From: Tubiluchus corallicola
Taxonomy: Eukaryota; Animalia; Priapulida
DNA: 64,000 bases
NCBI GenBank assembly: GCA_030141605.1
Contig: JAQGDQ010000050.1
Span: forward strand, 693,971-757,970
Reading direction: 5' to 3'
Made by a program: the position numbers and the translations under genes. Position 1 is the stretch's first letter. The number at the start of each line of letters is the position of its first letter. The notes under the pieces were generated by a model. The model made no database searches and was not told where the DNA came from. It saw only the letters and a program-made list of their open reading frames with translations. Shown in pieces: positions 42,808-56,510 of this stretch.

Positions 42808-45800
42808 TTTCTTTCTAACTATCTATCTCCTCTTTCAAGCTTTTTCTGCCAAGTTCCTAATCAAATCAAGAAAAAGAATCATTGATACTGTAATTTGGCA
42901 GATTATTTGTGTTAATTTTTACACTTTTAGGGTTGAATACGACACATTCATACATGTTATAGCGCACACGAAGGTTGAAAAGTGGGAGATAAACAGTGTT
43001 TTAGCTATGGTGAAAGAAAAAGAGGACAAAACTAGTAAACTGCCAAGTTCTCCCGATGTTTGCAGCAAATTGACTTCAAAGTTCATGAAAGAGTCAGAAA
43101 ACAAAGGTATTTGCTAGAAATTGCAAATATGGAGTTGACTGCATAATATATTATTGGATCTGCCTTTGAGCAAATAGAGTGAATGCCTTAAGGGTTTTTG
43201 TTTCTGCTTGTTGCTGTGTTGGCCAAAACTCATACATTCACTCACTGAATTCAGCCATTAGCCTTTTAGTCTGTTGCCATATTCCCTAAACATTGCACAG
43301 GTTTTTACCTTTGTGTTTAATGCCCTGAGTGCTCCAAAAAATGGAAGAAACTGCCTGTCTTTTGAATCCTTAGTAGCTTAGTTGCTTGCTGAGATCAAGA
43401 AATAAGAATTGTAACGTTTTTCTAATCTTCTGTGTCTTTACCTCTGGCCTCTTGTGTCATGCTTTGTAAAATTTTTCAGTCATTTATTGTCTTTATGCCA
43501 GGTGAGGAAATAGATGTAAGCCAGTGTAAAGCTATGTTACAATAACTGGATATATGGGCAATACTGAAGTGTTTTAATCGTGTTCAAATCCTTTGTGGTA
43601 TTTTTTAAATTAAGAATTGGTTGTATGCTCACAAAAGGCTCCACATCTTGCTTACTTGTACATGAGTTTTGACACTAGTGAATAGCAGTGAAGTACATAG
43701 CAAGTGCAGCAAGAAATTTGTACAAGGGAACAATGCATTGTGGGAAAGCAAAATCTTGAAAACCAGCGATTTGAGGGGATCGATGGAGTATTGGAGTTGA
43801 GATTCGAGGACAGGGAACTTGAATGGCAGACTGGCAGATCAAATTCCTAAATTAGAATTATTCTAAAAAATGCACAGGCCAACACTACTAAATATTGTGT
43901 CTAAATTCATTTGTGCACTTGTCAAGATGAATTTTCTCGTTCATTACAGAAAATTGTGTAATACACAAAGTTCCAGTGACAAAATCAAAGCACAAATGGC
44001 TGGGTATTCGTTCATCACTCTTGGGCAAAAGTTCAACAAACCAAGTTGTCCATTACAACAAACCAAGTGGTTCCAGCCAAGTGCATCTTTCACCTTGTGA
44101 GATTGCATCTGAAAGCAGGTACTTAAGGATTGTAAAATAAGAAAAATATATTTATGCCTTTGTACTAGAAAGTGGCTTATGGCAGCCAATGACAACTCAC
44201 ATTCTGTTTTTGACAATCATGTTTTTTTTTAAGTTTTCATTTTAAATGTTCTGGCTGAGTACTGAAAACGTGTTTTTATGTATGTGGAAATTGAAAGTGA
44301 ATTAACATTATAAGAATAGAAGGTAATTTCGAAGCTATAATGATTTTGATGGCCTGCATATGGAGCTGTCACTTCAAACATGTGAATTATATATAGTTTT
44401 CTGTAATTAACATGTTCAATAACACTCAGCAAAAAATTTTGTTTTGCGTACAAACTATACATATCAGATAAGACATAACTGTATGCCTGTTTTCTGATTA
44501 GCATTGATGTTTGAATTTGCTGCAATTGTGAAATCAGCTGACATTTGGTACATCAAGTTTGATTTTGAACATTTTTACGAGGTGCTGACAGAGTGTGCTC
44601 TGAAACTTCAACAAATTTTCACCATCTGTCACATTCATTAGATCAATGCTTAAAACAGCATAAAAGTTTTGTGAAAATTTCATCAAACTATATCTTTTCT
44701 TTTTTGTTAAATGTTTATGTAATGTCAGGCAAGTGTAATGCATACTGAATGCACTGCAAAAGGAACATTATAAAGTAGTGTAAATGTTTTATATTATACT
44801 TAGATAAGTAATATAACTGTACCTAAACGTAGTACCTTAGTTTACTTGTCATTTTAACAGACAATTCAATGTTTTGTTCATTGATCAATAAGCATGCATG
44901 TCGGATAAATGTAATTTATTGTGCTTTTCTGGTTCATTATTTCAGTTTTGATGAATTGGAAAGGAGTGCGCAAGTAGGGCATCTAGTTCTCACATCAACA
45001 CCCAGGGAAAGTTATTTAACAGCAGGAGTTCAGCAAGATTCCCCACAAGGTTTTATCCCGAACTTTGTTGCAAAGTATGAACTATTCTGTGTTTACTTCT
45101 GTAATATGCATGCAACTGTTGTAAAACAATCAATTATAAAATCACTTCCTGTGCACTATGTTCTGTTTTCCTGTTCCAGTACTTTTTGTAGATATTTTAT
45201 TTATTTATTATCTCTTGTTGTGTATAACTGTGTATTTTTGTTTACTGTTCACCCATCATTTATTTTCTTAGCTTCATAATTAATTGTTCAGCTTGTAATT
45301 AAGTGCAGTTGGTTTTCCATTTTAAATATAATTTCTTGAGACTTGCCTCTCTCATGCAACAGCCGGCATCCATATCCTAATCTACTTAGGCATGGTAACT
45401 GTTGGGTTATAGTTTCCTTCCTTCTCAAGATGCTCCATTGCACCACACTTCAGGCTAGTTAGCTAAACAAGGATATTGACAATTGTGAGTTCAAATTTCA
45501 AAACTGGTTCTTCATAGTATTTTTGAGAAAAATGATTTTCTGATTGTCTCAGATTTTAATAGTAAACAAATTTTGTCTATGGCAAATCTGAATATGTGCA
45601 CTCGTGAAGTGCCAAATTCATATATCCAGTAGCATTTTTAAATTTATTATAGCTGTTGTCATTTATCTTCATTTGTAGGACAGCAAAATCTGAGCACGCT
45701 TTTCGACAGTTTGCAAACATGGCACCGCTACGTGAATCTCAACAGCTGAGATCAACAGCAAGCCCTAGATTTTCCCTTGGTGACGGTGGTGGCCATGACG

Positions 45801-45859
45801 ACAGTAACATCAGCATGATAGAGGTCAGCATGATAGACATGTCAACTGTGACTAGTTAA
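34262..45859 (+). CDS. TBC (Tre-2/Bub2/Cdc16) domain Rab GTPase-activating protein
   Basis: Exons 34262-34590, 35601-35688, 36139-36246, 36531-36699, 38003-38128, 38378-38501, 39169-39238, 41915-42029, 42588-42705, 42931-43106, 43950-44118, 44946-45074, 45679-45859 join in frame (1902 nt). TBC motifs: GLPFHLRGKLW, IMLDVDRTFP (Arg finger), GYCQGMS (Gln finger), YLTPWFMCLY, IWDLLLLEG. The start codon (34262 or 34328) and the last three exons rest on splice and phase logic only. Confidence 0.9.
35201..35385. mobile_element. Degenerate Tigger-like MITE
   Basis: Ends tagtcaaactcgttataacg / aaaatgactg; internal gccaac-like repeats. Confidence 0.45.
36795..37035 (+). repeat. 120-bp tandem duplication in a TBC intron
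   Basis: 36795-36914 is nearly identical to 36915-37035. Confidence 0.93.
39866..40023. mobile_element. Palindromic PIF/Harbinger-like MITE with TTA TSD
   Basis: tgtcacatacagactagccagttttctctct pairs with agagagaaaactcgcttgtctgaatgtgcca; TTA at 39863-39865 and 40024-40026; it interrupts another repeat unit. Confidence 0.75.
40389..40784. mobile_element. TTTAAA/TTAA-flanked non-autonomous element (piggyBac-like)
   Basis: Imperfect TIR ctcccgctatactgtt / aacggtcagcgcgggag; tttaaa on both sides; partial related copies at about 39630-39790 and 39842-40110. Confidence 0.55.
42733..42802. repeat. (CT)n microsatellite
   Basis: About 35 CT units just downstream of a TBC donor site. Confidence 0.98.
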
Positions 45860-48586
45860 GACATCTTTCAGATTGTCAGATGGACTGTTATTTAAAACAT
45901 TTGCTAATGACTATCATTCAAAACACGGGGAATGAATACTGCACAGACTGTTGTACAGTAAACAAATGTGATGTGTTGGACATGTACGTAATAGCATATG
46001 TAAGGCAATGAGCAGGATAAAGCCTTTCTTCTAGCACTATAAATTCTGATAAGAGAAAACGTATCACTGTGTGGGTGCATATTCTGTTTTCACTTCTATA
46101 CACATGATTGTTATTTATGCGATATTATTAGCCATCAAGTGAACTTGATAAGCTGACTTGGCACCTTGAACATTGACGGCTTCACTCATGCCTCACTTCG
46201 TACCTGGTTTTGTCTAAACATTTTAGAGCGTTACCCTGTAATGTTGATTATGCAAGTTTAATCTCTGTACTGTAAAACTGTCAGAGCTTTTAGAAAACTT
46301 GTGTACATGTTTTAGCTACTGTTTTATTAATCATGTTTGTTTAACTTGAATTTTTCGGTTCTGCGGATTTGTCAAAAATCAAATTCTGATGTGTAAAATT
46401 TAATTCCGGGTACGTCTAAGTTGCCAGTGTACAAATTGATTATCAACTCTTATTTTTAAGATATGTCTTCCCTTATTACTTTGTGATAGAAATCAGTGTA
46501 GGTCAATGGTGATTGCTAATTTTGTGATTGATAGTAATTTTGTCAGTTGATTGTTATTGCCAATGAAATCTGTGATAATTGTTATAAACGGAATGTTTAT
46601 ATAAATAGAGCAATTCTTAGATTAATTCAATTCTGTTTAACAAGTCTCTTAAAATATTCTCATCATCTTGCATTTGGTATCACATAATTTACTTCACTTG
46701 GTTGGTGTCACGAAAGTTACATAATATCAAATTAGCTATATTGCAGCTGCACTTAGTACAAACACGTTCCAGCGCCCACACGAGCTTCAAATCCCTTCCT
46801 TCTGTTATAATTTGAAATTTAAACAAGTGAAAATTAAAAATTTAATGTTGCTGTTGGTGATCAGCAGTGTAAATTATAATAAAATAAACTTAGATCTCAG
46901 TCATATGCATGCATCACATCAATTCGACTAATTTTAAATTGAATCATCGACGATAGATGGCGCAAACAGTGAACTCAGCAGCATTTACTTGTAAGCATGT
47001 TGCCAATATTGTGGAATGGATGGCGAAAAAATTAATATTCTATCGTTATCTTCCAATATTTTGATTGTACCAGATACAATGAAAATAAAAGTTGCTAGCA
47101 TCTACACGTATGAAGACTTCGCGGATGGGAGACCTTGCAATTAGCGAAAGCTGGGTAGGGTAGGCCTAAGAAAAACAAAGTAGTAAGTAAAAATATACTG
47201 TTACTGTACAATACATAGTACAATTATGTATTGTATTTGTAGAACTATTGTACTTACTAGTATTGTAGTGTAGGATTCTATGAAACAATTTGAAGACATA
47301 GCTGCAGTTTTATAAGTATCTCGACATCTTCATGTCTTCTCAACATGTGTCCCTTACCTCAACCCTTCTTTTTGTTACACTTTGGTTATCAGGTCACTTG
47401 AAAAGTGCTAAATAAACTGTGCCATGCATTAAACTCACTGCTAAATTAACTTTACTGAAATTCAGAATTTCCACATTTCTAAATCAATTGTGAAAATGGT
47501 TTGTTTTCTCTTTGTCATTGTCATAGTTTGCCCAAACAATGACAAACATTTGCACTTTACAGACTGTCAGGATCTATCACTGTGAGATTATTGTGCTATA
47601 AGTCACACCACAGATCTAGAAAGTATCCACATATAAAGGTCACACTGTGCAGGCTGCAATGGTGTTTCATAGCTACTAGGATATAAAGTGACAAGTTTGC
47701 GTGGACAAGTGCAGGTCATTTTGTTTGAATTACAGAAGCTGCTATATGAACATGTACCTGGTTAATGATCTGTTGGCAAATTTTATTTTGATAAATGTAA
47801 AAAAACACATTTGGTAGCACATATATATTTTTTCTAGGCCCTGGACTCTAGTTATTCACATATCCTGAATCTCATTTCATGTGAATCATTTTGATAGGCC
47901 TGCGAAGTTTTTAAATTGCTCTACAGTATTTCTAAGCTGAAATAATATGAAGAAGTTGAGGTGCATGTTGCATAATCTTAAGAAAATCGCTGGTAAAGTT
48001 TTTCATTGTTTTTCTCGCGTTTCTACAAAAACACTTAACAACTGCACAAAAGAATGGTTGCTGTGGGCTTTGTAACAGCACTTTAAAGTTATATTTAAAT
48101 CCAGTTGATGACAGGTTCTACTTGGTGCTATCTGGGCTTGAAAATAAAAGTTTTTCGCAATTATTATACTAGTTTTTAGTCAGAGAAACAGAACTGGTTA
48201 TAAAAATTAATAATGCTGGTGATTTGATACTAGAATATGAAAGTCCATTGTATTTAGCATTCGTTTTTTAAAAACAAGAAATTGATATTCAACAATTTTT
48301 AGATGCATCAAATGTACTTTGTGATATAATGCCTTACATTATAATACTAATAGTAGCATGTTTGATTAGTTCGGTCACTTTTGTGCATAAAGGTTGATTC
48401 CAAGGTTAATGGATTACCGTTCTGGTTAAAATGCCAGAAAAAATGACATGTCACAAAAAATAAGTATAATTTTTTATATGTTTTCGTATATGTAGTTAAC
48501 ATTACTACACATCTTGTGGATTTGGCTTGATTTTCCTAAATCTTTTGCCTAAAAACCTATTTAGCAAACTATACTGTGTCATAAAC

Positions 48587-49919
48587 TTAAGATTCTGCAT
48601 TATGACCAAAACTGCAAGTGCTGAATGTGAAAAATTTGACTTGATCTTTGTTTCAAGATCATATTTTGCTGTTGCTGAATTCTCATTACTTGATCACCTA
48701 TGAAATCTATTTTTGCAACTCCATTTTAACACGTTTGCCCATATATCATGTGACCTAGCTACGCCAACATTTTGAAAATTTCTCAGTAAACATCTATCCT
48801 CAACTGTCTACCTATACGTGCAATAACATTTGCCCTAATTTTCATATTTTGGCTTCTAACTCTGACCTTTCCTAGACTCCAATTTCCAAAAGATACTTAA
48901 TGTGTATCTACGCCACAGGACTTAAATACCTGTGAAAAAAATTGAATTTAACTCAAAGCCCTAGGAGGAGTTGAGCAACAAATGAAAAACTGGCTGATGT
49001 CCAGTGTCCGTGACCCTTTGATTCGAGGTCATTGGTCACTATGCCAGTGTTAGCTCCTTAGCTCAGGTGTCTTTCCTGCAAGTTTTATGACTAATTGTTT
49101 TAGTATTGGAGATCCCAATTTAACACTTTCACCTATGTCATGTGACCTGGCCATGCCCACTTTTCGAAAAACTCTTAGCACACATCTATGCAATAACATA
49201 GGCTTTCAGTCCAATATTGTAAATGGATTTGAGTGACAAAGTCATTTGCCCTAATTTTCGCATTTTGGGCCCAGCCGATATGACCTTTGACCCAGGGGTC
49301 ACCATTACTATAACCCACTGTGTTTATCTACCTTAGGTGTCTACCCTGCAAGTTTTGAGATTCTAGCTCTTATACAAGTTTATAAAGTTATTGACCAAAC
49401 CCCATTTTAACAGTTTTGCCCGTCTCACGTGACCAGGCCAACGTGACTTTTCAAAAAATACTTAACGCACATCTACAACCACCCGCCTACCCACAAATGC
49501 ATAAACATTGACTCCTTTGTCCAATATTGTAAGAGAAGTTGAGCAACAAGGCCGTTTGCCATGATTTTCATGTTTTGGCTCCTACCTCGGGTCCTTAAGG
49601 AATCCCTATTTTTTAAAACCCCAGGTGCACATCTACCTCATAGTACTTAAAATAGCTGTGAAAGAATATTTGAATTAAACTCAAAGCCCTAGGAGGAGTT
49701 GAATAATAATCGAAAAACTGACTGATGTCCAGTGTCCTTCACCTTTTGACCAGAGATCACCGGCCACCATACCACTGCCTGTCCCCCACACTCAGGTATC
49801 TAACCGCCAAATTTGGCGTCTCTAGGTACTATCGTTTTGGAGTTATTCACTGCTGTAGCAGAGAAACAAAGAATAAACAGTTGATTTCCAATAAGATTCT
49901 GCTATATGCAGAATCTTAA
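48587..49919 (+). mobile_element. Non-autonomous element with Helentron/HINE (DINE-1)-like architecture and internal repeats
   Basis: 5' ttaagattctgcat is the inverse of 3' atgcagaatcttaa. The 3' end forms the hairpin aagattctgc-tatat-gcagaatctt. Internal diverged repeats: ccctaggaggagttga x2, cacatcta, tttgccctaatttt, tcatgtgacc. Confidence 0.65.
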
Positions 49920-50224
49920 TGAGTTGAGAAGTTATAGTCTGGGTGTCTTACAGGAGGTGCTTCTACTGGTCGCTGATAATCCTAAGTAATTCATTAGCTG
50001 ATCAGCGGTCTGTCATGCCTGTATTGTTATCAATCTTCTGTGTGTATGTTATGCCTTGAGTTGGCTTAAGCACTTTGTGGAGTTGTATGTACTGCACCAG
50101 ATTATTCAATATTGGTAAACTAAGTATAAACAGTACTTATTTTTAACAAAATTTGAATGAACTGCAAAAACTGACCTTTGTGGATTAATTAGTTTTAGCA
50201 GAGAACTAAAACCAGAATTAAATA

Positions 50225-50679
50225 CAGTCAACCTCGGATATAAGGGACACCTCGGGACCGGAAAAAACCGTCCCTTATAGCCGAAGTTGAGTCAGACCGA
50301 GGGTGTATCTAGACCTGTACTTTTCTGCACTTTTACCCATGTTTTTATGGATTATTGCTACACATCCAGTGCGAACTGTATGTAGGAAGCTCTTTCAGTG
50401 GTGCAAGATGTATGTGACCGCGGAAACCGAGCTGTTCGAAAGCCGAATTTGCGAAAAATTGAGGTTAAAAATCGATCGATTTTGCTTTGATCATAGGGTC
50501 CCTTATATGCGAGTTAATTTACCTGGGTCTCTATTGCGCGGGACCTGAAGATGTCGTCCCTTATAACCGAAAGTCCCTTATGTCCGTGTACCTTATATAC
50601 AAAGTTTTTTACGTAGGAAAAATCGGGACAGGTGTTGGTGGTCCCTTATAGACTTGTACCGTATACCCGAGATTGACTG
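50225..50679. mobile_element. Tc1/mariner (Tigger-like) MITE
   Basis: TIR cagtcaacctcggatata / tatacccgagattgactg; TA TSD on both sides; multiple internal gtcccttata motifs. Confidence 0.88.
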
Positions 50680-51238
50680 TACATTAATTAATGTTTCATA
50701 ATGAACTTTATTAACTTACTCTGACTAGGACATCTTAGCCTAATTCATAATGTAGCTGTAATTCAGTACAGTAGCTCTAATTCGTAATCAATTAGTTGGA
50801 GACTAGAGTGACCTTATCGATCGTAGAATGTAGCATATATGCTTAATGTCTAAATTTGTAAAACTTAGTATGGTCATATCCGAAAGGCTACGATAGCAAA
50901 GCAATCAAATTTGGCACATCCGCACTAGCAGTTGGAATGGTGTTCAGTGGTCAATACCGCTTGACCTTGTCTTTAATTTGAAATCCTGTAGGGTCTTTTA
51001 TTGTGGATTGCCCTAAGAATTTCCATCCTGTTTCCTTAGAGGCCAAACCATTCAAGTTTAACAGAAAAATTCTGCTGAAACCTGCTTGGTGAGCAATACT
51101 AGTGGAGAGTTGCTGTTGCACACTTAACTACCTATGTCACTAATAACCTGAGACTTTTGCCATTTGATAGCTGATTCCTATTCTAGTTAAGCTAGTCAAC
51201 AAGTATATAATACCCTAAAACATTTATATATAAAGGCA

Positions 51239-51244
51239 TTTATT
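51239..51244 (-). promoter_or_regulatory. Probable polyadenylation signal of the sulfotransferase gene
   Basis: AATAAA on the minus strand about 55 nt downstream of the TAG stop. The context is AT-rich, so a chance match is possible. Confidence 0.5.
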
Positions 51245-51299
51245 AATAATATTATTGTAAAATATTATCAATTTATATATTTTGTGTCTTTCTAATTTG

Positions 51300-54200
51300 C
51301 TAGTTATAGCCGAATGTAAGTCCTTCAGCTTCTAGCCATTGTGCTGTTAGTCTGTCCACTTTTTCGCTTTGAACAGGGGTGAATAAGCTTCTCCAGTCTC
51401 CAACCTTTCCTGCAAGAACAAACATGGATGATCAAGTTTGAGTGGAACTTTGCAAAAAAAAAATTGTCCACCAGCAAACATTTTTAAGTACAAGTTAAAT
51501 TTACTTGAACAATGGGTGTTTTTCATTATAGGTCTAGAGGAAGGTTATTTGTATTGTTGGGTAACATGCTTTATGTCTACATAGGTGCATATTAGAGATG
51601 GCATTGTACGCTGTTTTAGCTTCTTGGTATCCTGTGATTTTTGTGGACACAATACATCCATCTGTGCTCTAAATTGTACATTGTATGTTCCTGAGATGTG
51701 AGACCAAACTCTGACACAAGTCTGGAGCAAAACAAGAATGTTAGCATTCAAGTGAATGACATGCAATTGGCCCATTTTTATATGGTTTATTTTGCTCTTG
51801 TTACTGATGCTGGTGTCTTTGTATTTAGTTTTTTTAAAGAAAATTTCTAATATACTCTGAATGCCTAGTGCTTAAAAGAACTTAAGTGTGAAAGGTCGCT
51901 CTTCTGATGATTATCTAACTGTTAGAACTCATTTGTTTTCAGCTGTCTAGTTGAAAAGTGTACCTTTTCGCATGAACTTGCTCCCCTTGCGAACGCCACC
52001 GCGGTTCAGCATGTTTGTTTGTGGATTGTCTTTCATGCTCTTGAAACTGCAATGCTGTGCTATTCGATCCACTTGTTCCTCTGTGAGCGTTTTGCCAAGA
52101 AATGCTGCTATTTTGCGGATTTCCTTTGGTAGGTCCTACAACAAACTTATGAGTTATTAACTTTACTTGATTCGTAGTTGAAGAGAAATGAATATACAGT
52201 TTCATCTAACTAACTATAACTTAATTTTTTAGCGAAATTCTGCTTTCACCTTTCCACCGCCAACCTAAGCCCAGGATGCTTTTACACCGTTGCATTTATG
52301 GCTTTGAAAGACATTTAAATGAGATAACTATACTAACCTGAATCATATCCTCAAATTTCAAAAATAACAAATTTGGTTCGTCTCTTTGCCGCCAAGCTTC
52401 TAGAATGTGATCCCAAAATCCTCCATGTCCGGCTGAAATAAGTGGATGGATACAATCTACTAAGTTATGGTAGCCTGTGTGCATCTACTAAGTTATGGTA
52501 GCCAAAATCTAACTAAAGCTTGCATAGAAAATAGCATAAGCATCATAAACAAGAGAAAATTGTTTCTTCTAATGGATATTAAGACTGGTAGTAAAGGTTA
52601 ATCAATATATACTAGAGATTTTTAAATATTATGGAACTACAATAAATATTAGTTATCAAATATTATTCAAATAATAAAGACTTCTAATGAGCACTAAGAG
52701 GACTAGTATTATACATGTATAACAGAGATTTGGCATGTAATGATGACTAGGTATTTTTGTAGTTGTTAATAACCGTAATGGTTTGCGTGTAATTTTACCA
52801 AAGAAAGTAGATTATTTTCCCATCTTTTGCCTGAGCGCTCTTTGGCATTTCAGTAATATCCTTATATTTAGGTAACATTCGTCTTGACAGAAACATGCCT
52901 TTCCATTGGTGTAATATTCATGAATAATGTGGGTGAAGCTGCAATGCGCTGAGCATTTTCATCAAAAGAATTATTATGCAGGGTGACACAACAGCTGATA
53001 TATATATATAGATTGTAAGGCACTATAGGCCCTAAAAACAATGTAGAAAGTGCTGCCATGTCTGGCTAACATGCGTGCTCGTCGGGCGCCGCTGCTGCTA
53101 CTTATTGGATGCCCACAAAAGTAAAATTCTACCATAACTCCCTCTGCTGGGTGGCACTAATGTCAATGTTTACTTTAGTAGTTTTGTTTACAATCTGCCT
53201 CGCTGCAAATTGTAGGAAGTTCTCGAAAAATTTAAGTTATTCACTATAACTCAGTATGCTACTTGATAATTATGTAGTTTTTTTATTATATGATCATATG
53301 GGTGGCATGCTCTAATGAATGTGCAGTTGCAGACTTTTCTAAGTAAGAAAGTTACAAAGTTAACGCTACAAAGTTACAGCTACAAAGTTAATTCCTTCAT
53401 ATTTAATTCAAATTAACATATTTTGGTTTAACTGATGTTAGGCTAGCTGAGAATTGCCTGACACTGCTGGAAGTTTCTTACAATAGATGGAAATCATCGA
53501 AAAGCTGTCAAAATAAAAAAAAAACATATAATCAAGTCTCAGGCTGTTATGTATGTATTGTAACACTACATGGACGTTTTTGCTTCCTCAACAGTGTACT
53601 GTGGAGGCCACGTAGACCGCCTCAGCATGTACTGTGCCGCTGCTGTATGCGGCTCCACGGTACATGGTGAGGCAATGCATCGGAATGTCGAGCATGCAGT
53701 GTTAACCAGCCACCCACTTTATTCTCAAAAAACTTAATATCACTTTATGAATAACATTTTTAATTATTAATAACTAGTTATATTAATTAGTTAATGAGAT
53801 AATGACATTTAGGCATTCACACTGTCTACACAACTAGTACAAAAAGCTTGATTAGGAGTTCACTATATACCATCAATATCATTTTCCTTACATCACTGAG
53901 TACATACTATTAAGTTTCAGGGGGCTCTGTTTATGTTACCTGGTGAAACTTTTTTGCTTTTGAAAATAAACAAAATTTTTATTATAAAATGCCTGCACAT
54001 AATACTTAGAATTTCAGAGTCAATTACCCACCCATTTTCAGTTGTTCATCCAGAAAGATGGAGAATGACAGTTCCTTCTTATCCACAAAGCTAAAGGCAC
54101 ACGAGAAGTGATAAAATGACACAAATGTGTCCTTCGGATTTCTGGCTGTGTAGATCACCTATAACAGGGAATTTACGAAACAATATCAGTTTTCTGAAAG

Positions 54201-55814
54201 TGAATTTGTAGGAAAATGAGCTAATAATTGTATGTCAAGCATGTCTGTTACTCATGTATTACAGAAATTGTAGTGTTTTTGCTGGTCAGTGAGATTTTAT
54301 TACCTTTGGTTTAACTTGTTGGAAGCGTTTTGGCAAAAGCCCTAGAGGCAAATGTGATTTGATGAAACGAGGTCTTGATTCTTTGGTAAATTTCTTAATA
54401 TTCTCCCCTGGTGCATCTAGAAAAGGGAAGCGCTTATCCATATGTATTGCTCTCGCTGCTTCTGTGTCAGCATCATGACAGATCAACCATACCACCTCCT
54501 GAGTCCATGTTGTACCTACAATAAATGTTCTTTACAATTAGGAATACATGAAAGTTGTTACCTATGCCATACTTCTAGATTTTTCATGCTAGAGCAAGTA
54601 AGTCTGTACAATATGTAATGCAAAGTGCTAGTTTTTGGTTGTATGAATCCTTGCCAGTTTCATTTTCTTGAGCGATATTGAGTGTTTTATTCAAATTTAT
54701 AAACTAAATTTCTCTGCTTTTTGAAAAGCTTTGTGTAAATTTAACTAACATTGTTCATTTAGTATTTATTAAAACTATTTTATCACCCATCTTGATTTAA
54801 GTGCTGTTCTTATAGGCAGTATACTCACTCGTTTGCAGTTATGGACTATTAACTAATTCCTCAATGTGTATTGATGGGAACTGTATTGTTGATTGTACTT
54901 CCCATGTTGGCCATTTGACATTTTTGGCTTGAAATTACGGATTCTCGGGTGTTTTATTGTGTAGTCTGCAGAGCGCTGATTTCTTGGCTTACCTGCTTTT
55001 GGAAATGTCACTACCCATACATCGTCCTTGAAAACATCTAGATTGTCAATTTGTTCCTTCTTGTCAAAATAAAATCCAGCCTGCCAGTAATCTGAAATTG
55101 CAAGTTATTCTTTAACTAACATAAAGTTAATCCTAATTATTCTTTATTTAGTCTTGAAAAGTTCAAATTACAGGAGAAACTTGGATGTCATGCTAATTCC
55201 TGAAAGTAAACCATTCCCGAACCTAGATTTAAGCGTGCAATGTGGCATATATACTTTAAAATGCATGCAGCATTTTCTCAATAACATTATTGTGTTTGCT
55301 TTGAGTAAATATAGTATCGTAATAATCATTTAATGCTTGCTATAATTTCACCTTTTCATATTTGATTTTAGGAGCTGATGTTGGGTTTTAAGTGTATCAC
55401 ATGAATTTTGTAATATAATGATGTAAATACTTTCATCACACAACTTGAATTCAAAGTAGATTACAAACCCGTTTTAACAAACCCCGAATTCTGTATACAT
55501 TCTTTCATAATTTTTTGTTCTCTTTCTTCATTCTGTTTAGTTCAACTAGTCTATCTATCTATTTCGTATCAGTTATCAAACAATATAATTAATCAGTCTG
55601 TACACAGAATGCACAGTTATTGCACACCTGTTCCGGGTACTTCATATAGTGCTCCAATTTCTGATTTTACTCCTGATCGTTTGTGCTTCAGGACCAAATG
55701 CGCAAATCTATTCTTGTATTGTCTCCATCTTACATATCCAAATATTCCAATCCCCACTATTGCCGCAGTTGCAGTCACTCCAATCACAATGGCTTGACGG
55801 TCAATGGATGGCAT
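51300..55814 (-). CDS. Cytosolic-type (SULT1-like) PAPS-dependent sulfotransferase with an N-terminal hydrophobic anchor
   Basis: Minus-strand exons 55814-55628, 55091-54993, 54515-54304, 54158-54032, 52432-52338, 52135-51964, 51409-51300 join in frame (1002 nt, 333 aa). Motifs: 5'-PSB DDVWVVTFPKAGTTW, catalytic His in IKSHLP, 3'-PB IYTARNPKDTFVSFYHF, LFLKFEDM, HCSFKSMK, FMRKGKVGDW. Confidence 0.94.
53564..53701. mobile_element. Small piggyBac-like MITE
   Basis: (g)taa-cactacatg ... catgcagtg-ttaa; internal inverted repeats cctcaacagtgtactgtggag / ctccacggtacatggtgagg. Confidence 0.5.
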
Positions 55815-55933
55815 TGCAAAACTTGACTAGAAAAATTCAAATATGAATGCAGTTATGAATTTCAAGGTTTAGGTCACATAACTTGATAAGTAATTTTATA
55901 CTACCATGACCATTGCACAGAAAAATACACTTG

Positions 55934-56510
55934 AAAGAGTTGTTGTATTTTTGAAACCCTCTAAAAACCATAAGGCTTACCACAGTACCATACGATTCCT
56001 CCAGTCCAACACTAGAATTAGTATCACCTTCAAAGCCTATCTGTAAATCTTGCTTGATGTTTTGTTTGGCATGGAGTTTTGAAGCAAACAGTCGCTGAAG
56101 AATCTTTTACCAAAGGGCATGCAGATGACTTAAATTTCACGACCACATATGTCAGATCAGCATTTGTTACAAGTTAATTATTTTTGAGACTCACAATGTT
56201 GAACATTGTGCTGTGAAGTGCCCATTTAAGTAACCTTAATGTTAATGTTGTCTGTTTGACTTTAAAGAGTGGGTGTACTTTTGAAACCCTCTAATAAACC
56301 CCAAGGCTTATTACAATACCATACAGTCCCTCCATTCCAGCACCAGAATTAGTATCATCTTCAAAGCTTATCTGTAAATCTTGCTTTATGATTTCTTTGG
56401 CATGGAGTTGTGCAACAAAGGCAACAAAGAGTCACTGAAGAATCTTTTCCCAAAGTGCATGCAGACTACTTGCATCTCATGACCGCACATGTCAGATAGT
56501 ATTTGTTACT
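55934..56510. repeat. Diverged direct duplication (period 330 bp) upstream of the SULT start codon
   Basis: 55934-56170 aligns with 56264-56510. Confidence 0.88.

Noticed and set aside
43679-43790. Additional TBC exon (open purine-rich stretch)
   Set aside because: Splice signals are weak, and including it would shift the next exon into a frame that stops at 44100. Cannot be excluded without RNA data.
47016-47720. Small plus-strand gene between the TBC and SULT genes
   Set aside because: A 42-codon ORF and exon-like segments exist, but no consistent spliced ORF or recognisable motif emerges.
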